Source: Amoebophrya sp. A120 (Eukaryota > Protista > Dinoflagellata). Taken from it: a DNA stretch of 64,000 nucleotides. Within the stretch, counting starts at the first letter, position 1; every line of letters starts with the position of its first letter. Below the pieces are notes generated by a model, which was given only the letters and a program-made list of their open reading frames with translations, was not told where the DNA came from and did not search any database. Shown piece by piece: positions 56,793 through 64,000 of the stretch. The stretch spans positions 11,686,177-11,750,176 of the forward strand of contig CAJINV010000004.1 in assembly GCA_905178155.1 (NCBI GenBank), given 5' to 3'. Made by a program: the position numbers and the translations under genes.

Positions 56793-57643
56793 TCATGCTT
56801 CTGATTTGACTGTTGCGAAAGAGCTACAAGCACAAAAAGGTACATCAACAGAAATCAACAGAAGTACCACGCTCCCAATTCCTCCAGCTACATTAAAATC
56901 GACGCCGCTGCCTCCCAGCAATTCTTCTTCTTCTTCCTGTTTCTTCAAGTTTTTTCTCCTGGAATACAAGCAGCCCAGCAGGATCAGTGCCGCTCCGATC
57001 GGATACACATTGGTCCATTTCGCAGAGCTATGGTCGTCGAGCGTCGGCCCGGCCATGGGATTGGCCCAGGCGATGGGGTTGCCGACCCGCTTATCCGCGG
57101 ATTGAGTGTCCTGGCCCTCGTAGTCATCTTCTTCGTGCTCATACTTGCGGCTCTTACTGTCGCTGGACTCGGATTTGTTTTCACCTGGAGAATTGTGGCG
57201 ACGACGGCGTCGTGATTGGCACGTTGCATGACAAACCTCTCGCATTCTAAGTCGAGGGGAATGTATGTTGCGCATGGGAAGCTGCATGACTTCTTCAATC
57301 CTACGACCCTATCCGCGTCGTGACAGCATCACAAATTTCAAATCAGTATGATACCTGCTCCATCGTGCGAACTGCCCGCTGAGGTCGCGCTAAATGCTCT
57401 TCTTCCGAAGTTATTTGGTTTCATTTGAACTAGGGATCCCGCACTGCTTATGCTTTTTCCACCGTGCTGGAGCAACTTTTGCCCCGAAGCTGTCAGTATT
57501 GATGTTGAGGAACCACAGTTTGTGCCGGCGGTTGCGTTCGCAATTGTTCGTGTGTGTGGACATGGTCGCGTGGTCGCTGTTGAGGCTGAGGACAGCATTC
57601 GCCCCAACACCCTGCCACCTGTGCCGCGGACCAAGGCTGCCAT
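56793..57643 (-). CDS. Small putative mitochondrial single-pass membrane protein (GT-AG intron 57186-57353); 3' end uncertain
   Basis: Arg/Ser-rich transit-like leader ending RRAFS; exon 2 has WANP and TM VYPIGAALILLGCLY. Confidence 0.55.
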
Positions 57644-60306
57644 GCTTCTTGTTATTTCTACAGGAATTTCTAGGTGGAGTTAAAGAAAGCTCCTCAAACA
57701 AAGCCGAAAGCGAATTCAGGGAAGGAGAGAAAGCACTTGTGGTGTTACCCCTTCAATACGATCACTAGATTGCGATGCGGCACTGAAACTGATGCGAAGA
57801 GGAGGCCACAGTTAAAGTTGTTTTTTCAAACGAACTTCATCTTCAATCATCATGCCACGACTGTATCTGTAACCGACGTGGTGCAATAAAGAAGATTTAC
57901 TTTTTCTGGGTCAGTTCCAGTAGATACCGCCGCGAAGTGTATGTTCAAATCGTATTTCACATTTCATGAGCACTGTGTGGTGATTTTCGCGAAAAAAAAA
58001 AACGTATGTGATAGTGGTAAACGCAGCACAGAGAGATAGATCCTAGCTTCGTGCTTTATGATCTCTTCCTCATGGATCCTCACCTTTCTTTTGACGCAAA
58101 AGTACAACGGTAGCTCGGACCGATCTTTGTGTAGTTTGTACATCCGCTGCTCCGCATTACAGAAATAGAAAACTGTGTGGAGAACACCACCAGGGCGAGC
58201 GAGCGCTACTGGGAAAAGGAACGGATTCACCTGAATCGTCAAAAAATACGCAAATGCTTAGAGTCTACTCTTTCTCTTCTTGTCGAATTCGTTCGTCTGC
58301 ACAGGAACTTCCGTTTTGGAAAGGTTTCTTCATGTCAGAAATTTGTGTACATCTAATGCGCTTCGCCTTCGAAGCAGTGGACATCTGCAACAGGCAAAAC
58401 CTTCACGAAATCAGGTCCAAAGAAGCATAAGTGCTATTGCCTTGGATCGTCACATCTTCCAGAAAAAAAACATCCGTTGCGCCAAGAACCGTGGTTTTTG
58501 CAGTAGCGATCTATCGTCGGCTATTGCCCCGCTGGGGATCATCGAGGCTAGTAGACCTCCTTTTAATATTTCTGCACACAACTGCAAGGAAGCCACCCGA
58601 CAAAAAAAAACCGCAAAGACAAGAAAACTACTCTTTCGCCCGACACCCGTCATCAAAGTCCGGCCCGTCGGATCTGTAGTTCGCCCGACTGCCCCGTTTT
58701 TTCGCCGGTCGCATCTCTCCATGCTCGTTGGGTACCACATCAAGACCCTTCTGTGAAGTACTAGATTGGTAGTTCTTCTTCACAGCCAAGTCCTGTCCCA
58801 GCGCTGCGTGGTCAGCAAGAGCGGCTCTGTTCATCACGTGCGCAGAACCAGATCCCCCGAGTCAGCTACCAGTGCCCCGGCGTTGCGGGACCGGCTGTTC
58901 TGGGTCGGCAAGAGCGCCACATATCGTGTCGAAAAGGGCGCGGCCGACCGAAAAAAGAACTCAGACCATCTTATGGGACTACTTGTTTCGTGCGTACTGA
59001 GAGCAACGTCTTGATTTTTTTTGTTTCACGTGGTCGTCGGTCTGTGTTGCAAAATGAATTCTTTAACGCCACTAAAAAACGGTGGCGAACACAAAGAGCG
59101 ATGCTTATTGTTTCAAAAATTTTATCTGCAAATCCAGAATAAGTAGGGAATTGGGGTTTTCGCTATGCGAGAAAATCCTTAACCTGAAAGAAGTTAGCTG
59201 ATGTTCATTTCAGCAGCGGATGGCGTTGTTTAAGGTGAAAACCTTGGCTAACAAACGGAAAACCGATGCTTTGATAGAATTTCACTCTAGGTACTCAACT
59301 GTGCTCAGCTTCTGCTGTGTGTCTTGATCTTAGGTCGCCAAAGTTTTTCCGAGAAAATTTCACTTACGTTCCAAGTGTCACTTGCGTGCGATGATTCTCT
59401 CGGGTTCTGCATGGCTTTTTCCAAAATTGAACAGTCATGCCCATTCCTGACTTGCTGCAACTCTCGCTGTGCAGAGTCCTATCTACTGCGATCGTTTCTG
59501 CCATTCATTTGCGCTGACCAAATAAACCCCCGCCAGAGGCAGGTTGGAAAGTCCTGATCTACGCCGGTGTATGCTTTGTGCTTTTGCAGACATTTGGTTT
59601 ATACAATGCTGGAATCCTCACGTCGAGCAGTGTGCAAAATAAACGAACACTTGCGGTCCGTGTTAGTGAAAGTGAAACAAGAACTTACCTAAGACTAACA
59701 GCAGTACGCATAGTGCACTACTAGAACGAAGTGTTCTCAAAATTTAATTTTTCATCTTGCGAATAAAGAACGTGTACTAGGAAACACACCCAAAATTTAA
59801 AAGCAGACTTAGTGTCTCAAGAAGAACATCTCTCACCCCCAGAAACGACGGCCACTCTGCGCCGCTTCGGAGTCGTAGGCCCAGTGCGCCAAAGCCATCC
59901 AGTTCAAGTATTTGATTACCTCGTGCTTCGCATCTTCCATGCGCGCCGTGCGCTGCGCTTCAATCCTCGCCGCGGCCTCTTCCTGATGACGGTTGCTTGT
60001 ACTACTAGATACTGCACTCGATCCGGTCCCTCTGTTTTCCTTGTTACCGCGGAGATTGAAAAACGGCATTCGGGTCGTCGAAGCACCAGGAGAAGAGGTA
60101 TCCGTGCGAGCTGCGTTGTATACACTGCAAAAGAAGTTTCGCACTCGTCGTACACATACACTACAGCATGTGAAAGTGAAGCATGAAGAGTTTTTTTTTT
60201 CTTGCCGTATCTGGCAACACAGATTCTTTCAGACTTTTGCTGTGAATGTTCATACACCGACCAGATTTTATTATTGATGGTATGCAGAAAATGCAATCAA
60301 TCTACA

Positions 60307-61686
60307 CTAGTGCGATACTTTTTCTTTTGCAATGCGTAGTTGCGAAGATGACGAAGATGTCCTGCTGACAGGTGACGCGGGCAACGGTGCACCGAACGAC
60401 GACTGCAATACCGCAATGGATAAGTACTTGTGCGTCCGGGTGCTGATTATGCAACTGAAATTTGATGCCGTGCACGTACGGATGCATGATGACAAAATGC
60501 TGTATTGCATGAAACGAGAGACGAAGAGCCTTTGCATACGATACATGGTTGCCGTTCCGACGCGTAACACAGCAAATTTTCTACCACGGATACGGATTTT
60601 CCGCAACACGTTCCGGTTTTGCAAAATGTGTAGCATCGCCAGAAACGCGTTCGGGTTGCCGCCTCGGCAGGACAATTTGGCCAGCAAGTCCAGCGCTTGC
60701 ATGCTCATTTCCACGTCGCCGGGTGAGATGTGCCGGATGTCATCCAGCGATCGGGGCGCCGCGGCGATCTGGCGGATCTGGGAAAGATAGGGAAAATAAC
60801 CCCCGATCGTGTTTGCGTGGTTGCCCAAACACTTCAAAGCGCGATCGCGCACGTTGTGATGTACTAAAACGTTGTCCTGGTCCGAAAACTCGGGGTACTG
60901 CAGGCGAATCGCCGCGGCCGCTAACTCGTCGTCGTAAACCTGTCTTGATGCGGCCGAAGAGGTATTTCTTGCGGTCGGCACCACTCGTCCTGGCGTGGAA
61001 GAAAGTCGCGCGCTAGTAATATGTTGGCCTACTATGCGCTGCGGCGTAGTTGTTGTGGTTTCTGGCAGTTCTCGCAAATGCCCTTGCTCGACCTGCTGCT
61101 GAGCGGTTGCACCACTACTCGTCCTACCACTACTCCTTGCAGAAGACGGCGGCCGTGTCCACCTCAAGAAGGTCCTGGGCGACCGGCCGGCACCGTAAAC
61201 CGTTATCTGTTCGCCATAGTAATTCCCCCGTCCATCTCCATTTCCCCCAACATCCGGTCGTAGCAGTTCGTCGAGCTCGGACGCGGAAGCGACTGCCACC
61301 AGCACGCGCAGCGACTCCTTTACCCGGTCCTGGCACGCGGCGTCGAGCTCGTCAAACAGAGCGTCGATTTCTTCGTGCGGATTCCGGCAAACCGGGCTGA
61401 CGGCGAGGGAAAGCACTTCGCTCAACATAAAGTCCGCGCGTTTTTGAACCAGGGCGTTGCTCGCATGGTTGGGCCGGCAGGCCGCGACCGCGGTTTCGAA
61501 GTTGGCGAGGGTGGAGAGGTCGAGATGGGCCGCCAGCCCGTTGGCGTGCTGGTTGGTGAGCAGGTCGAGGGCTGCTGCTTGGTAGCTCGGAGTGATCGCC
61601 GCGTTGGAGGAAGAAGAAGCAGTGGTGGGGGCAAAGATGACGGAGAAGATAAATAAAGGGAAAAACGCGCTAGAGGAGACACACAT
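60307..61686 (-). CDS. Hypothetical secreted protein; probably spliced to further exon(s) toward 59833
   Basis: 459-aa ORF with signal-like FFPLFIFSVIFAPTTA; C-terminal part of the ORF looks intronic. Confidence 0.55.
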   Translation of the reverse strand: MCVSSSAFFPLFIFSVIFAPTTASSSSNAAITPSYQAAALDLLTNQHANGLAAHLDLSTLANFETAVAACRPNHASNALVQKRADFMLSEVLSLAVSPVCRNPHEEIDALFDELDAACQDRVKESLRVLVAVASASELDELLRPDVGGNGDGRGNYYGEQITVYGAGRSPRTFLRWTRPPSSARSSGRTSSGATAQQQVEQGHLRELPETTTTTPQRIVGQHITSARLSSTPGRVVPTARNTSSAASRQVYDDELAAAAIRLQYPEFSDQDNVLVHHNVRDRALKCLGNHANTIGGYFPYLSQIRQIAAAPRSLDDIRHISPGDVEMSMQALDLLAKLSCRGGNPNAFLAMLHILQNRNVLRKIRIRGRKFAVLRVGTATMYRMQRLFVSRFMQYSILSSCIRTCTASNFSCIISTRTHKYLSIAVLQSSFGAPLPASPVSRTSSSSSQLRIAKEKVSH

Positions 61687-61702
61687 AGCGACCGTGGCGG
61701 AG

Positions 61703-64000
61703 TCGAAAAGTCTTTCTTATCTGCTTGGATGTTGCACAAATGACCATAAAAGGTAAAAGCTTCAACGAAATGGAAGAAAAAAAACCTGTGATAATTTGCC
61801 ACAACAAGTCCTAATCAATGCTGTGCTGCAGTTCAACCGTGGAGATAGTGATAGATGTTGAGCATCAACCATCTCACGACGGACACATCAGAGCTACCAC
61901 GACAGTAAAGCATTGATTCTTGTTGAGCAAGAAAAAGAAGTACTGAGTAGTACACAACTTTCAGCATCAAATGCCGACATAATATTCAGCCCACTGTGCG
62001 TGCTATTCATACTTAGTTCCAAATACTCGCTGGCCTACACTCAACATCCTGGCTGCTAACGCTTGCCACTTCATGAACTGACTCTACACTGGCTTTGTAA
62101 TTCTGCTGTTGTCTCTGTCCCGCGGTCGCTCTCTCAGGTGCCAAACACACACTTAACACTCTATCCCTGTTGCAGCTGGTTGAGATTAGATAGATGAAGA
62201 CCGGGCTCCGCCGGCAACACAATGCTACACGACACACACATCCACAAAGCGCAAGCGGTGCGGCGCAACACTGAGTGACACTCGGCCGGCGGCGCCCATG
62301 CGTTCTTGAGCCGCGGCGGCAAGCCCACCACCGAGTCCGAGGGACGCGCCGGCGCCGTGCGATGGATTCCCCCACCAGCTTGCAAAATTCACGCGCACTG
62401 CGCCCCAAGAACCGACGCGGGGTCGGGAGCTGCGGGGGAAAACAGAAAACACGCCTCGACCTCTCGTCCAGGCGAAAAGCGGCGCCCTGCCACCTATCCG
62501 GAATGGCGGACGTAAGCCGGGGCACGCCGCAGCGCCCTGCCCCGGCGGGCTGGCCGAGGGGGCGGGGGCGCCACCTTCGCGGCCGCCCAAAAACAGCCCG
62601 CAAACCGGGGGGCGGTGAGGCCCCGGGCACTGCTGCGACCGGGGGGCAGATCTTTCACGCCTACTGCTGGAGCGACTGCTGGGACGACTGTCGGGGAGTC
62701 GTTTGCCCCCGGTCGCGGCATCGGCCTGCTCTTTGGACGGCCGGTGTTGACGTTCCGGAAAATGTCCGCCACTTTTTCAGCCCAGACACCCGTGCCGTCC
62801 GACGGTGAAGGGTCTGGCGTCGGCACGAGGGGGCGGTCGACCACAAAGCGCGGGTTGGTTTCGCCGTCCCGACCTCGCCATTTCCGGGTCGAACAGGCCG
62901 CCAACCACCCCGCGCGGTGTGGTTGCGCCGTCACGAATCGAACACTTTTTCTTCTCTGCTTTGCTGTTGCACAAATGACCGTAAAAGGTAAAGGCTTCAG
63001 CAAAATGATAGAAAAAAAAACTGCGATATGTTGCCACAACAACACAAGCCCTAATCAACGCTGTGCTGCAGTTCCATCGTGGAGATAGCGATAGAACATC
63101 AACCATGTCAATACGGACACATCAGAGCTACCACGACAGTAAAACATTGACTCTTGTTGAGTAAGAAAAAGAAGTACTAAGTCGTATACAACTCACAATC
63201 ACATCAAATGCTGACATAAGTCTCAGCTCTCTGTGCGTGCTATGTATTCATACTTAGTTCCAAATACTCGCCGGCCTACACTCAACATCCTGGCTGCTAA
63301 CGCTCGCCACTCCATGAATTGACTCTACACTGGCTTTGTAATTCTCCTGTTGTTTCTGTCCCACGGTCGCTCTCTCAGGTGCCAAACACACCCAACACTT
63401 TTATCCCTGTTGCAGCTGGTTGAAGCAGATTAGAAGACCGGGCTCCGCCGGCAACACAATTATGCTACATCACGACACACCCATCCACAAAGCGCAAGCG
63501 GCGCGGCGCAACACTGACACCCGCCGAGCGGCGCCCGCGCGTTCTTGGGCCGCAGCGGCAAACGCACTTCCGAGTCCCTCCGAGGACCGCGCCGGCGCCG
63601 CGCGCTGGATTTCCCCACGACGAGCGAATCTGCCTGGGCTCCCCCGCGTGCGATGAATTCCCCAGCACGCCTGCAAAATTCATGCGCAAGCCGCCCCAAG
63701 GACCGGAGCGCGGTCGGGGGCTGCGGGGGAAAACATACAGAAAACGCACCGCGGCCTCGCGTCAGTCTAGCCGAAAAGCGGCGCCCTGCCCGCCCCCTAT
63801 CCGGATTGGCTGACGCAAGCCGAAGGAAGCACGCCGCAGCGCCCTTGCCCGGCGGGCGGGCCGGGGCCCCGGGCAATGCTGCGACCGGGGGGCAAGTCTT
63901 TCGCCCCTGCGGGTTGCTCGACAAACAAAAAGGCGGCCCGCTTCGTCCTGCCCCCGTTGTCCCGCAACACTTGTGACCGCAGGGCCCGCGGAGCTGCGGG
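61703..64000. repeat. Diverged tandem duplication, period about 1235-1241 bp (unit 1 61703-62937; unit 2 62938 to window end)
   Basis: tgttgcacaaatgacc.taaaaggtaaa at about 61730 and 62965; cttagttccaaatactcgc at 62012 and 63253; each unit has an AT-rich half and a GC-rich half. Confidence 0.9.

Noticed and set aside
1-64000. rRNA, tRNA or snRNA genes
   Set aside because: None recognised by eye; tRNAscan-SE and Infernal would be needed to exclude them

Overview
Compact eukaryotic (alveolate) genomic DNA. It most resembles the parasitic dinoflagellate Amoebophrya (Syndiniales), inferred from an alveolin/IMC-like gene, a fully unidirectional gene cluster and inverted-repeat introns. About 16 genes are readable, all on the minus strand: RING-H2, SAM methyltransferase, FkbM-like/EGF/GT15 mannosyltransferase fusion, MLO-like, F-box/LRR, PX, coiled-coil membrane protein, EF-hand, alveolin, AlkB-GRF, WBP4, OMP decarboxylase and several hypotheticals. 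The dominant signal is an invasion of MITE-like introner elements: 27 complete copies plus 1 partial, in at least 5 TIR families, all inside coding sequence. Every complete copy starts TAT[C/G] and ends [C/G]ATA, and 21 of 27 are flanked by a perfect 5-bp target-site duplication (TSD) of arbitrary sequence. At the junctions I translated, removing the element plus one TSD copy rejoins the reading frame, although most junctions cannot give GT-AG. Also present: a 301-bp insertion with an 18-bp TSD nested in one introner, parallel introner gains in a duplicated exon segment, a 1.8-kb intron holding a GC-rich repeat with spliced-leader-like 9-mers, and a 1.24-kb tandem duplication at the right end. 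All coordinates were read by eye, and splicing is inferred from frame restoration, not from RNA data.
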